Notes: generated by a model not told the origin, from the sequence alone. 64,000 nt of DNA from Alphaproteobacteria bacterium (GCA_965261975.1 CBDHEC010000056.1:32001-96000), one strand, 5' to 3'. Positions 1-10,070 are shown, numbered from the stretch's first letter. Numbers and translations are program-made.

Positions 1-239
1 CCTCGGGCGAGGTCGAGCTCGGCTATCAGATCGTGCCCGCCCATCGCCGCCGCGGCCTTACGGTCGAGGGTTGCGCGGCCCTCATCGCCTGGGCATTTCA
101 TGATTCCGCCACCACGGCGGTGGTCGCCGATTGCGCGGAAACCAACACGGCCTCGGTCCGCACGTTGCAGAAGCTGGGCTTTACCCATGAACGCACGGCC
201 CGCGATCGCTTCCACTGGCGGCTCGCCAGGCCGTCGTGA
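1..239 (+). CDS. RimJ/RimL-type GNAT N-acetyltransferase, 5'-partial at window edge
   Basis: VELGYQIVPAHRRRGLT…NTASVRTLQKLGF matches the C-terminal motifs of RimJ/RimL GNATs. Confidence 0.8.
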   Translation, partial: SGEVELGYQIVPAHRRRGLTVEGCAALIAWAFHDSATTAVVADCAETNTASVRTLQKLGFTHERTARDRFHWRLARPS

Positions 240-316
240 GAGGGCGGGCCTGACATTTCGTCTCATTGGACAAGTCTGGCCTATACTGCAAGCAAACGCA
301 TTGGGGAGAAGGACAG

Positions 317-949
317 ATGGCCGACTACACGCTTTATGGGCACCCGCGCTCGGGCAACGCCTACAAGACCGCGCTGATGCTGTCGCTGACCGGCACCGCG
401 TATGACTTCGAGCCGGTCGATCTGATGGATGGCGGCAACCTCACGCCCGAATATCTCAAGGTCAATCCGCTGGGCAAGGTGCCCGCGCTGCGCCATGGCG
501 ATGTGCTGTTGCGCCAGAGCCACGACACCATGCGCTACCTCATCGAGCAGACCGGACAATTCGGCCCGGCGAACTGGGACGAGGAGGCGCGGATCGGCGA
601 CTGGGTCGGTTTCGCGGTGGATTTCTTCGGCTACGGCCTCGCCCGGCTGCGTTTCGAGCTCCTGTTCGGCGCCGGCCCGGGGCCGATCTTCGATTATTTC
701 AAGACCACCGCCGACCGTGGCCTGGGCATCATCGAGCCCCATCTGGCCGCCAATGAATGGCTGGCCTGCGGCCGGCCGACCATCGCCGATATCGCCTGCT
801 ACCCGGTGTCGAGCTTCCTCACCGATGCCGGCTACGACGCGGCGGACTATCCAGGCCTGACCGCCTGGCAGGACAGGTTCCGCGCGCTGCCGGGCTTCGG
901 CACCCAGATCGAGCTGATGCCAATCGAAAACTGGCCGCCGGCGGACTAG
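317..949 (+). CDS. Glutathione S-transferase family protein
   Basis: YTLYGHPRSGNAYK, NPLGKVPAL, PTIADIA motifs; purine-rich RBS before ATG 317. Confidence 0.9.
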   Translation: MADYTLYGHPRSGNAYKTALMLSLTGTAYDFEPVDLMDGGNLTPEYLKVNPLGKVPALRHGDVLLRQSHDTMRYLIEQTGQFGPANWDEEARIGDWVGFAVDFFGYGLARLRFELLFGAGPGPIFDYFKTTADRGLGIIEPHLAANEWLACGRPTIADIACYPVSSFLTDAGYDAADYPGLTAWQDRFRALPGFGTQIELMPIENWPPAD

Positions 950-968
950 TCGCCAGGACTCTCGATTC

Positions 969-1712
969 CTAAAACGTCTCCGTCCACGGTCGCAGGTCCA
1001 GCTCGTGGGTCCAGGCGCTGCGGGGCTGGGCGTGGACCTGCCAGAAGGCCTCGGCGATGGCGTCCGGGTCGAGCATCGTGTCGCTGCCGCCGCGCGCGTC
1101 GATCTCCGCGACCCGCTCGGGCATGCCCTCGCGAATTTTTTCCCCGTCGATGGCGCCGTCCACCACGATGTGAGCCACATGCACGCCCTTCGGCCCGTAT
1201 TCCCGCGCGGCTGATTGCGAGACCATGCGCAGCCCCGCCTTGGCCGCCGCGAAGGCCGCGTGACCGTCGGCGCCGCGCAGCGACCCCGTCGCGCCGGTGA
1301 ACAAGAGCGACCCGCCGCCGCTCGCGGCCATGCGCCGGGTGGCTTCGCGGCTGACCAGAAACCCGCCGAAGCAGGACACCCGCCAGAGATGCTCGAACAG
1401 CCAGGCCTCGGTCTCGGCCAGGGGGTGGCGCACGTTGGCCCCCGGGTTGAAGGTCACGCTTCGGATGGGCGCGTGGTCGGCTTCCACCGCATCGAACAGG
1501 GCGGCCACCTCGTCTTCCTTGCGCACGTCGAGCACGTGGATCGAGGCGCTGCCCCCGGCGTCGGTGATCTCCGCCGCGCGTTCTTCGAGGCGCTCTTCCG
1601 TCCGCCCGGCCAGCACCGTGTGCAGCCCGCCGGCGGCAAACCTTCGCGCGACGGCGGCCCCTGTGCCCCGTTCGGCGCCGACGCCGATGATGATCGCAGT
1701 TTCGTCCGTCAT
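969..1712 (-). CDS. SDR family oxidoreductase
   Basis: IIGVGAERGTGAA Rossmann motif; FTGATGSLRG…FAAAKAGLR; QPRSAWTHELDLRPW C-terminus. Real start MTDET at 1712; the longer ORF-track extension is the antisense shadow of polA. Confidence 0.9.
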   Translation of the reverse strand: MTDETAIIIGVGAERGTGAAVARRFAAGGLHTVLAGRTEERLEERAAEITDAGGSASIHVLDVRKEDEVAALFDAVEADHAPIRSVTFNPGANVRHPLAETEAWLFEHLWRVSCFGGFLVSREATRRMAASGGGSLLFTGATGSLRGADGHAAFAAAKAGLRMVSQSAAREYGPKGVHVAHIVVDGAIDGEKIREGMPERVAEIDARGGSDTMLDPDAIAEAFWQVHAQPRSAWTHELDLRPWTETF

Positions 1713-1802
1713 GGAAACGCCTCCGTTCGCTCGCGCCGGTTGTACACAGGCCACCGGCAGCACGGCCTGTCTGGGCGTGCGGAATCGCGTTAAAATTAGC
1801 CC

Positions 1803-4700
1803 ATGGCAGCCAAGAAAACATCCGCGGGCGACAGCCCTGCGCGTCTCTACCTGATCGACGGGTCGGGTTTCATCTTCCGGGCCTTCCATTCGAGCCCGCT
1901 CGACGCCTTCAAGCGCTCCGACGGCGTCCACACCAATGCGGTGAACGGCTACGTCAACATGCTGCTCAAGCTGATCGACCGGGCCCATGACGACGGGGCG
2001 CTGGATTACATGGCGGTTATCTTTGACGCCGCGCGGAAGAACTTCCGCAACGACATCTACCCCGAATACAAGGCCAACCGGGACGAGCCGCCCGAGGAGC
2101 TGCGGCCCCAGTTCCAGCTCGTGCGCGACGCGACCGTGGCGTTCGGCCTGCCCGCCATCGTCAAGGAGGGCTTCGAGGCCGACGATTTGATTGCCACCTA
2201 TGCGCGCGAGGCCGAGGCCCAGGGCATCGAGACGGTCGTGGTCTCGTCGGACAAGGACCTCATGCAGCTGGTGCGTGACCGGGTGCACATGCTCGACCCC
2301 ATGAAGGACATCGTCATCGGCGAGGACGAGGTGATGGACAAGTTCGGCGTCACCCCGGACAAGGTGGTGGACGTGCAATCGCTCGCCGGCGATTCCACCG
2401 ACAACGTGCCCGGCGTGCCGGGCATCGGCGTGAAGACCGCCGCACTGCTGATCAACGAGTATGGCGACCTCGACACGCTTCTCGACCGCGCGGAAGAGAT
2501 CAAACAGAACAAGCGCCGGGAAAACCTGATCGAGTTCGCCGATCTGGCGCGGGTCAGCCGCGACCTGGTGCGCCTGAAAGACGATGTGGAGACCGAGCAC
2601 GAGATCGAGGATTTCGCGCTGAAGGATCCCGACCCGGCCACGGTCATCGAGTTCCTCCAGGCGATGGAGTTCCGCACGCTCACCCAGCGCGTCGAAAGCC
2701 GGTTCGTGGCCAGCGGGCTGATCGACGCCGCCGAGACCCAGGCCGCGCTCGCGGCCGAGGCCCCCAGCGAGGACGAATACGAGCTGGTGCAGGACGAGAA
2801 ACCCCTGAAGGCCTGGATCGAAGGCGCGCGGGACGCGGGCGTGGTCGCCTTCGACACCGAGACCACCTCGCTCAATGCCATGCGGGCGGAACTGGTGGGG
2901 TATTCCCTGTCCTATGCGCCGGGCCGGGCCTGTTACGTGCCCGTCGGCCATGTGGAACCCCAATCCGACGACGAGGAGCTCGACCTGCTCGGTGAGCCTG
3001 TCGCTGACAGCGAGAAGGCAAACGGCAAATCGAATGGAAAATCCAACGGCACGCTCAAGCAGATCGACATCGCCAAGGCCCTCAAGCCCCTGAAGGACCT
3101 GCTCGAGGACCCGTCGGTCCTCAAGGTCGCTCACAACGCCAAATATGATCTGCTGGTGCTGGCCCGCGCGGTCGAGAAGCATCTGCCGAAAGCCAAGCCG
3201 CTGGCCCCCGTCGCCATCGACGACACGATGCTGCTCTCCTATGTGCTCGACGCCGGGCGCAACAAGCACGGGCTGGACGACCTGACCTTCCGCCATCTCG
3301 AACGTGAGAACATCAAGTTCGAGGACGTCGTCGGCAAGGGCCGGAACAAGATCACCTTCGAGGAAGTCCCGCTCGACAAGGCGCTGGACTACGCCGCCGA
3401 AGACGCCGACGTCACCGGCCGGCTGCATGCCCGCTTCAGGCCGCGGTTACCCGGTGAGCGCATGACCTCGGTTTATGAGACCATCGAGCGGCCGCTCGTG
3501 CCGGTGATCGTCGACATGGAGCGGGCGGGCATCAAGGCCGACGCCGAGACGCTGATGGATCTGTCGAAGGACTTCGCCAAGCGCATGGCGCGCCTCGAGA
3601 AGAAGGCCCACAAGGTGGCGGGCGAGGAGTTCAACGTCGGCTCGCCCAAGCAGCTCGGCGAGATCCTGTTCGACAAGCTCGGCATCGAGGGAGGCAAGAA
3701 AGGCAAGACCGGCGCCTACACCACCTCGGCCGACGTGCTGGAGGACCTCGCGGCCCAGGGCCATGAGCTGCCGCAGATCGTGCTCGACTGGCGCCAGATG
3801 CAGAAGCTCAAATCCACCTACGCCGACGCGCTGGTGGAGCAGATCCACCCCGAGACGGGCCGGGTCCACACCTCCTACGGCATGGCCATCGCCCAGACCG
3901 GTCGGCTGTCGTCCAACGACCCGAACCTGCAGAACATCCCGGTTCGCACCGAGGAAGGCCGCAAGATCCGCGCGGCCTTCGTCGCCGGCAAGGGCAAAAA
4001 GCTGGTGAGTTTGGACTACTCCCAGATCGAGCTCCGGGTCGTCGCCCATGTGGCGGGCGAGGAAGCGCTGATCGCCGCCTTCCAGGACGGCCAGGACATC
4101 CACGCCATGACCGCCAGCCAGGTCTTCGACGTGCCGCTGGAAGGCATGGATCCCATGGTCCGGCGCAACGCCAAGGCCATCAACTTCGGCATCATCTACG
4201 GGATTTCCGCCTTCGGCCTCGCCCGCAACCTCGGCATCGAGCGCGGCGAGGCGGGGGCCTACATCAAGGCCTATTTCGAGCGCTACCCGGCCATCAAGCA
4301 GTATATGGACGAGACCAAGGCCTTCGCCCACGAGGCGGGCTTCGTCGAAACTATTTTTGGCCGCCGCATCTACCTGACCGGCATCAAGGACAAGAACCAG
4401 GCGGTGCGCGGCTTCGCCGAGCGCCAGGCGATCAACGCGCCGATCCAGGGCGCGGCCGCCGACATCATCAAGCGGGCGATGATCCGCGTGCCCGATGCGC
4501 TGGCGAAGAAAAAACTCTCATCGACCATGCTGCTGCAGGTGCATGACGAGCTGCTGTTCGAGGCGCCCGCGGGCGAGGTGGACGAGCTGATCGCGGTGGT
4601 CCGCGACGTGATGGAGGGCGCGGCCGCCCCCGTCGTCAACATGGCCGTGCCGCTGGTGGCCGACGCGGGCATCGGTGACACCTGGGACGAGGCGCACTAG
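1803..4700 (+). CDS. polA: DNA polymerase I
   Basis: 5'-3' exonuclease (LIDGSGFIFRAFH, EADD), 3'-5' exonuclease (FDTET), polymerase motifs DYSQIELR, AKAINFGIIYG, QVHDE. Confidence 0.98.
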   Translation: MAAKKTSAGDSPARLYLIDGSGFIFRAFHSSPLDAFKRSDGVHTNAVNGYVNMLLKLIDRAHDDGALDYMAVIFDAARKNFRNDIYPEYKANRDEPPEELRPQFQLVRDATVAFGLPAIVKEGFEADDLIATYAREAEAQGIETVVVSSDKDLMQLVRDRVHMLDPMKDIVIGEDEVMDKFGVTPDKVVDVQSLAGDSTDNVPGVPGIGVKTAALLINEYGDLDTLLDRAEEIKQNKRRENLIEFADLARVSRDLVRLKDDVETEHEIEDFALKDPDPATVIEFLQAMEFRTLTQRVESRFVASGLIDAAETQAALAAEAPSEDEYELVQDEKPLKAWIEGARDAGVVAFDTETTSLNAMRAELVGYSLSYAPGRACYVPVGHVEPQSDDEELDLLGEPVADSEKANGKSNGKSNGTLKQIDIAKALKPLKDLLEDPSVLKVAHNAKYDLLVLARAVEKHLPKAKPLAPVAIDDTMLLSYVLDAGRNKHGLDDLTFRHLERENIKFEDVVGKGRNKITFEEVPLDKALDYAAEDADVTGRLHARFRPRLPGERMTSVYETIERPLVPVIVDMERAGIKADAETLMDLSKDFAKRMARLEKKAHKVAGEEFNVGSPKQLGEILFDKLGIEGGKKGKTGAYTTSADVLEDLAAQGHELPQIVLDWRQMQKLKSTYADALVEQIHPETGRVHTSYGMAIAQTGRLSSNDPNLQNIPVRTEEGRKIRAAFVAGKGKKLVSLDYSQIELRVVAHVAGEEALIAAFQDGQDIHAMTASQVFDVPLEGMDPMVRRNAKAINFGIIYGISAFGLARNLGIERGEAGAYIKAYFERYPAIKQYMDETKAFAHEAGFVETIFGRRIYLTGIKDKNQAVRGFAERQAINAPIQGAAADIIKRAMIRVPDALAKKKLSSTMLLQVHDELLFEAPAGEVDELIAVVRDVMEGAAAPVVNMAVPLVADAGIGDTWDEAH

Positions 4701-4760
4701 GCCCAGGCCTGCTCCGAGCGCCGCAACCCCTACTGAGCAAGGGTTTCGGTTCCGATTTTC

Positions 4761-4787
4761 CTTGAAGTGATCCTCCGGCATCCCCAT
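4761..4787 (+). promoter_or_regulatory. Putative RpoH (sigma32) promoter
   Basis: CTTGAA-N15-CCCCAT about 30 nt upstream of the ATG at 4816. Confidence 0.55.
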
Positions 4788-4815
4788 GTGAAGTGGGTAG
4801 CAATGAGAGGAGCAC

Positions 4816-5220
4816 ATGAACTGTATGCGAAATACACGAGCCCGTTGGAACCCCTTTTCCATCGCGATCATGGTCGTCGGTTTCCTGATTGCATGGCCCG
4901 TTGGGCTGGCGGTTCTGGCCTACATCCTGTGGGGCGATAACATGCGCACGGCGTTCGACGAGCTTCGCTTCAAGTGGGGTACGTCCCGCGCGAGCGACAG
5001 CGGCAACACCGCCTTCAACGAGCACCGCGAGCGCGAGCTGAACCGGCTCGAGGAAGAGCGGCGCAAGCTCGACGCGATGCGCGAGGAGTTCGACCGCTTC
5101 ATGCACGAGCTGCGGCGCGCCAAGGACAAGGACGAGTTCGATCGCTTCATGTCCAAACGCGGCAAGCGCGGCGATGACAAGCGAGACGATAGCGGCTTCG
5201 GAGAGCCTGCGCCGGCATAA
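4816..5220 (+). CDS. DUF2852 family membrane-anchored coiled-coil protein
   Basis: WPVGLAVLAYILWG transmembrane segment; SGNTAFNEHRERELNRLEEE; ELRRAKDKDEFDRFM. Confidence 0.85.
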   Translation: MNCMRNTRARWNPFSIAIMVVGFLIAWPVGLAVLAYILWGDNMRTAFDELRFKWGTSRASDSGNTAFNEHRERELNRLEEERRKLDAMREEFDRFMHELRRAKDKDEFDRFMSKRGKRGDDKRDDSGFGEPAPA

Positions 5221-5252
5221 GGCCGCACATATCGCAAGCACATGAGTGACAG

Positions 5253-5279
5253 GGCGGAGCCAATGGCTCCGCCTTTTTT
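5253..5279 (+). terminator. Rho-independent terminator
   Basis: GGCGGAGC-CAATG-GCTCCGCC followed by a T-run. Confidence 0.8.
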
Positions 5280-5285
5280 ATGGCT

Positions 5286-6395
5286 CTAGGTCCAGAAGTT
5301 GTCGCCTTCGGCCGGGCGCAGCCGCCAGTTTTCGACATCCCGCCACTTGTCGTCGGCGAGGTCCGTGCCCCGGGCGGGACGGCACAAGAAGTTGAGCTGC
5401 CCCATGGCGATGAGGCCGGCGCGGCGCATGGCCTGTTGCTCGGCCGGGTCGGCGGTGCACACCTCGACCGCATCCGGGCCGGACCGGGCCGCCGCGCCGA
5501 CCGCGAGGGTCAGCAGGTCGGGCTCGGGGAGCGTGTCGGGGTCGAAGCTCATCCAGTCCTGCACCGAGGCGATGGTGACATTCTTTACGTGGCGCTGGGT
5601 CACGTCGTCGAAATGGCGCTGCTTGGTCAGCACGTAGCCGACGACCGTGTCTGATTTCCGCACCAGGAACAGGTCGGTCCGCCGGGTCGGCACGTCGTTG
5701 AACTCGGTCGCGAGAAGCCAGTTGATCCAGGCGGGCGAGCGGTGGGGCGCCGCGCCATTCGGCGTGATGAATTTGCTCGCGAGATCCTCGGGCATCCGTT
5801 CGACCGCCTCGAGCGTGTATCCCTTGGGAGTAGGCGCGAGCGCCCGGCGCAGGGCGAAGGCGACGTCGGCGACCGGCGCGAGGATCGCGGCGAGTAGCTC
5901 GGACTTCAGATAGGCCGCGAGGAACCGCCGCGAGCGGCGCACCTGCACGAAGCGCGGCAGGGAGAGGTTCGCCCAGCGGAGATTGCTGTAAAGCGGCAGC
6001 GCGATCTGGGAGACGCCGAACGCGCCGATCCAGCCGCCCACCGTCTGCATCTTCATGGCGAGCATCAGGCCAACCCCGGTCGCCCGGTGCTTTTCGGGCA
6101 CGCCCAGCGCCGAGCCCCAGACCACCGGGTGGGGTTCGCCTTCGATGGTGATCTCGCCGGGGAACAGGTCGACCTTGCCGACGACCCGCCGCGTGCCATC
6201 CTCGGCGACCGTCAGGCCGACGAGCTGGGTCACGTCGTCGTCGCTGCCCAGCGGGTTCGCGAGCAACGCCTCGCGCTTATAGGGGGGCAGGGCGGCGAGC
6301 CCGTCCGGGTCTACCTCGGATGTGTGCAGATGCGCGTCGTTGCCGGCGCGCAAGTCGCCGCGGGTGACGATCTCGATCGAGAGTTTCGCGCTCAG
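5286..6395 (-). CDS. GNAT-fold acyltransferase-like protein; start uncertain (possible CTG overlapping the upstream stop)
   Basis: LGVPEKHRATGVGLML resembles the GNAT acyl-CoA-binding motif A; length fits two GNAT folds; last gene of the operon. Confidence 0.55.
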   Translation of the reverse strand: MSAKLSIEIVTRGDLRAGNDAHLHTSEVDPDGLAALPPYKREALLANPLGSDDDVTQLVGLTVAEDGTRRVVGKVDLFPGEITIEGEPHPVVWGSALGVPEKHRATGVGLMLAMKMQTVGGWIGAFGVSQIALPLYSNLRWANLSLPRFVQVRRSRRFLAAYLKSELLAAILAPVADVAFALRRALAPTPKGYTLEAVERMPEDLASKFITPNGAAPHRSPAWINWLLATEFNDVPTRRTDLFLVRKSDTVVGYVLTKQRHFDDVTQRHVKNVTIASVQDWMSFDPDTLPEPDLLTLAVGAAARSGPDAVEVCTADPAEQQAMRRAGLIAMGQLNFLCRPARGTDLADDKWRDVENWRLRPAEGDNFWT

Positions 6396-7777
6396 TTTTC
6401 TGAATCCGCTTGGGCCGACGCCGGCTGGATGTGCAGCCGCTTCATCCGGTCCGAGTGCAGCGGCTCCGACGTGAAGCTGATCTTCACCGGCACCTTGAAG
6501 TCGTCGAGGCGCTCGGTGCAGAAGGCCTTGATCCGCGCGCGCACCTCCGCCGGGGTGCCCTCCGTGTCCGTCCGGTGGATGTTGGTGCACACGATCTGGC
6601 CCATGATCGGGTTCTTCTCCTTGAACACCACCGCGTCTTCCACGTCGGGGGATTCGAGCAGCACCGTCTCCACTTCGGCCGGGTAGACCTTCTGGCCGCC
6701 CACGTTGATGAGCTCGGAATCCCGGCCGAGGATGCGGAAATATTCGCCGTCCACCTCCACCCGGTCGCCGGTCATGAAGTAGCCGTCCTCGGTGAAGGGG
6801 CTGGGCGCGTTGAGATAGCCGAGCATGGCCGAGTCCGCCTTGATCTGCAGCATGTCGTCGACGACGCGCACGTCATAGCCGTCACCGCCGACCTTCACCC
6901 ACAAACTGTCGCTGGACCGCGACTTGGCGCGGAGCACGCCCAGCTCGATCAGGCCGTAGGTCTGGCGCGCCTCGACATTGGGGAAGATCTTGCGCAGATC
7001 CTTGAGGGTCGAGTCCGGCATGGGCTCGGCGCCGTAGCTGATGAGGCGCAGGCTCGTCAGGTCGCGGCCCTCATAAGCGCGGCTGATCAGGAGCATGTTG
7101 AGGAAGGACGGCGTGCCCGGCAGCAGCTCGATCCGGTGGCGCTCGATCAGCTCGCAGACATACTCGGGCGACTGGCGCTCGGTCAGCACCACCAGGCAGT
7201 CGTTGGCCAGCGCGTGGAGCAGCGTATTGAGCCCGCCCCAGTGATCGAACATCAGCAAGTTTAGAGTTATGAGGGCTCCACGCCGGGTCTTGAACTTCTT
7301 GAGCAGCTTGGCGAAGTCGTGAACGACTCCCTTGGGCAGGCCCGTCGAGCCCGAGGTGAACAGGACAAGTCCCGGCGCGTTGGCGTCGATGAGTTTCCGG
7401 TAGAGCTCGTGGGGTTCGCCGGCATCGCGCTTCGTGAAGGCGACCTCGGTGCCCTCGGTCACGTCGATGATCATCGACGGGTCGACCATGTCGATCAGCG
7501 CCGGGTTGCGTTCGCGCGTGAGCGGCAGCAGGGGCACGACGATGGACTTGAGGTCGATCAGCGCCAGCAGGAGTGACGCCGCGGCCGGCGCATACTCGCT
7601 GCACAGCACCACCACGTCGCCGGGGCCGACGCCCTCGGCCTCAAGCGTGGCCCGCCGCGCGGCGATGTCGTCGGCCAGCCAGCCATAGGTGTAGACGTCG
7701 TCGCGCCAGGCGATTGCCGGGCCGTCCGGGTTGTCCCGGAAGCGTTCGAGGAAGAAGCCGATATCGCTTTCGCTCAT
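6392..7777 (-). CDS. AMP-dependent (ANL family) fatty acid-CoA/ACP ligase
   Basis: LFTSGSTGLPKG P-loop, QTYGLIE, TGD, GR..ELINVGGQKVYPAEVE. Confidence 0.9.
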   Translation of the reverse strand: MSESDIGFFLERFRDNPDGPAIAWRDDVYTYGWLADDIAARRATLEAEGVGPGDVVVLCSEYAPAAASLLLALIDLKSIVVPLLPLTRERNPALIDMVDPSMIIDVTEGTEVAFTKRDAGEPHELYRKLIDANAPGLVLFTSGSTGLPKGVVHDFAKLLKKFKTRRGALITLNLLMFDHWGGLNTLLHALANDCLVVLTERQSPEYVCELIERHRIELLPGTPSFLNMLLISRAYEGRDLTSLRLISYGAEPMPDSTLKDLRKIFPNVEARQTYGLIELGVLRAKSRSSDSLWVKVGGDGYDVRVVDDMLQIKADSAMLGYLNAPSPFTEDGYFMTGDRVEVDGEYFRILGRDSELINVGGQKVYPAEVETVLLESPDVEDAVVFKEKNPIMGQIVCTNIHRTDTEGTPAEVRARIKAFCTERLDDFKVPVKISFTSEPLHSDRMKRLHIQPASAQADSEN

Positions 7778-7786
7778 GGGCCGACC

Positions 7787-8797
7787 CTACAGGTGCACCA
7801 GGGCGGTGCCCCAGGACAGCCCCACGCCGAAGCCGCACAGGACCGCCAGTTGCTTGGGCTTGGCGGTCCGGTCGTCGAGCGCCATGCGCAGGGCCACCGG
7901 GATCGAGGCCGAGACCAGGTTGCCCGTGTGGGACAGCCGGTTCACGAGCTTCTCATCCGGGATCTTCAGGGCCTTGGCGATCGAATCCAGCGCCACCTGG
8001 CTGGCCTGGTGGAATACGAACAAATCCACATCGTCGAGGGTGTAGCCGTTCTTCTCCAGGGTCGCCGTCACGTGTCGGGGGATCGTCCCGTTGAAGAAGG
8101 ACAGCACCTGGAAGCCTTCCATGGTGATGTCGGCCGGGGTGCGGATGTTGCCCGACTTGTCTTCCGTCTCGATCGATGTCGCGTCGCTGAGCGGGGTTCG
8201 GGCACCGCCGGCGGGCACCATGAAGCGGTCGTAGAACTTCCCCTCCGAGCCGAGCGCGACGTCGATGACGTGGTGGTCCTCGTTGCTCTCCTTGAACACC
8301 GTCACCGCCGCGCCGTCGCCGAACAGCACCCGGGTCGAACGGTCGCCGGGGTTGATGAGGTGCGAATAGGTATCCGCGGTCGCCAGCAGGATCTGCGTGG
8401 CCGCGCCGCTGACGATCAGGCTGCGCGCCACCTCCAGCGCATAGACATAGCCCGAGCAGCCCATGTTGATATCGAGCGCCATCACGTCCTGGGGCAGGCC
8501 CAGCTTGCCGTGCAGCAGGCAGGCGTTCGACGGAATGGGATAGTCCGGGGTCTCGGTGCAGAACAGCACTCCGTCGATCGCGCCCAGGTCGAGCTTGTCC
8601 TCGTTGAGGAGCTGCTGGCAGGCGGTCATCGTCAGGTCCAGCGCCGTCTCGCCGTCCGCCGCGATGTGCCGGGACATGACGCCGGTGCGCGCCTCCAGCC
8701 GGTCGAAATCCCAGTCGGGATACTTCGCCCGGAGGTCGTCATTGGTGACCACATTGTCGGGCAGGTAGTAGCCGATTTGCTGGATGCGGATGCTCAT
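7787..8797 (-). CDS. 3-oxoacyl-ACP synthase III (FabH-like, accessory paralog)
   Basis: INMGCSGYVYAL (catalytic Cys), LFGDGAA, FHQAS, TGN, CGFGVGLSWG. Confidence 0.9.
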   Translation of the reverse strand: MSIRIQQIGYYLPDNVVTNDDLRAKYPDWDFDRLEARTGVMSRHIAADGETALDLTMTACQQLLNEDKLDLGAIDGVLFCTETPDYPIPSNACLLHGKLGLPQDVMALDINMGCSGYVYALEVARSLIVSGAATQILLATADTYSHLINPGDRSTRVLFGDGAAVTVFKESNEDHHVIDVALGSEGKFYDRFMVPAGGARTPLSDATSIETEDKSGNIRTPADITMEGFQVLSFFNGTIPRHVTATLEKNGYTLDDVDLFVFHQASQVALDSIAKALKIPDEKLVNRLSHTGNLVSASIPVALRMALDDRTAKPKQLAVLCGFGVGLSWGTALVHL

Positions 8798-9411
8798 GAC
8801 GCCACGTCCTGGAGGTTGTCGAGCAGGTCGCCCAGCGCCATGGACGCGCCGTGGCCCGGATGAGCCCTCAGGTCGCGGGGCAGGCTATTGAGCATGGCGA
8901 CGGAATTCTCGAGTGCTGCGCCGTCGCCGCCGGGCAGGTCGATCCGGCCCACCCCGGCGGGCAGCACCGTGTCGCCGGTGAAGAGTTCGTTCCCGATCCG
9001 GAAGCAAACCCCGCCCGGCGTGTGGCCGGGCGACGGCATAACCTCGATGTCGAAACTGGCAACGTTGAGCTCGGTGACGTCGGTCAGGTCATGGGTGATC
9101 TCGGGCACCTTGAGGGCCTCGCCGGGATCGATCACCATCTTGTAGAGGTTCATCCGCTTGAGCAGCGCCTCGTCGGCCCGGTGCAGGTAGAAGGGGATGT
9201 CGTATCTCGCCATCAGCTCGGCCACCGCGCCCACATGGTCGAAATGGGCATGGGTGCAGATGATCGCCTGCGGGGCCAGGTCCTGTGCACCGACAACCTC
9301 CGCGATGCCTTCGGCGTCGCTGCCGGGATCGACGATCAGGGCGTCGCCGCCGTCGCCGACGATGTAGGCGTTCTCGCGGTAGATGCCGTTGGTGAATGTC
9401 TCGACTTTCAC
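8794..9411 (-). CDS. MBL-fold metallo-hydrolase (glyoxalase II-like)
   Basis: THAHFDH, PGHTPG, FTGD, PGHG; start and stop overlap both neighbours. Confidence 0.9.
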   Translation of the reverse strand: MKVETFTNGIYRENAYIVGDGGDALIVDPGSDAEGIAEVVGAQDLAPQAIICTHAHFDHVGAVAELMARYDIPFYLHRADEALLKRMNLYKMVIDPGEALKVPEITHDLTDVTELNVASFDIEVMPSPGHTPGGVCFRIGNELFTGDTVLPAGVGRIDLPGGDGAALENSVAMLNSLPRDLRAHPGHGASMALGDLLDNLQDVAS

Positions 9412-10070
9412 CGGACCCCGCCGAAATACACGACCTGGTTGGTGACGTTTCGCGCTTCGCGGGACGCGAAGAAGTCTACCGCGTGGGCGATCTCTTCGGT
9501 CGTGATCAGGTCGGGCTTGATCAGTTCCGTCTGCTTGTCGGCCAGGCCCTTCTCCGACAACCCCTCGGCCATGCCCGAGCCTTCGACGAGCGACAGGCCC
9601 AGGGTGTTGATGGTGATGTCCGCCGTGCCGATTTCGCGGGCAAGCGTGTGGCCGAGATTTTCCAGCCCCGCCTTCGAGGCGTTGTAGAGCGCCCCGCCGA
9701 CGCTGCCGAGGGGCACGTTGATGGAAGAGATGTTGACGATCCGGCCCTGTTTGGCGCGCATCATGTGCTTGATGGTCTCGCGCAGCACCGTGAAGGCGCC
9801 GACAAGATTTGTCTCAAGGATTTCAGAGGCTTCGCCGCTACCGGTCAGCAATGCGGGTTTCGACTGGGTGATGCCGGCGTTGTTGATCAGCAGATCGATT
9901 GCAGCACCCGCGTCCAGCACGGCCTTGAAGACGTCCCGGACGGCGGTCTCGTCGGTGATGTCGGCCTCGATATGGGTGTAATTGTCGTGGGCGACGTCGC
10001 CCGCGCCGCGTGCCCAACCGAACACCCGATGCCCCGTGCCCGCGTAGTGGGCGGAACTCCGCGTCTGCAT
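9408..10070 (-). pseudogene. FabG-like SDR lacking its N-terminal GxxxGxG motif (5'-truncated)
   Basis: LINNAG, NISS and YNASK are present, but upstream of AHYAGTGHRVFG there is no TGxxxGIG glycine-rich loop. Confidence 0.65.

Noticed and set aside
1713-3428. 819-aa minus-strand ORF extending the SDR across polA
   Set aside because: Antisense shadow of high-GC codon bias; SDR homology starts only at 1712
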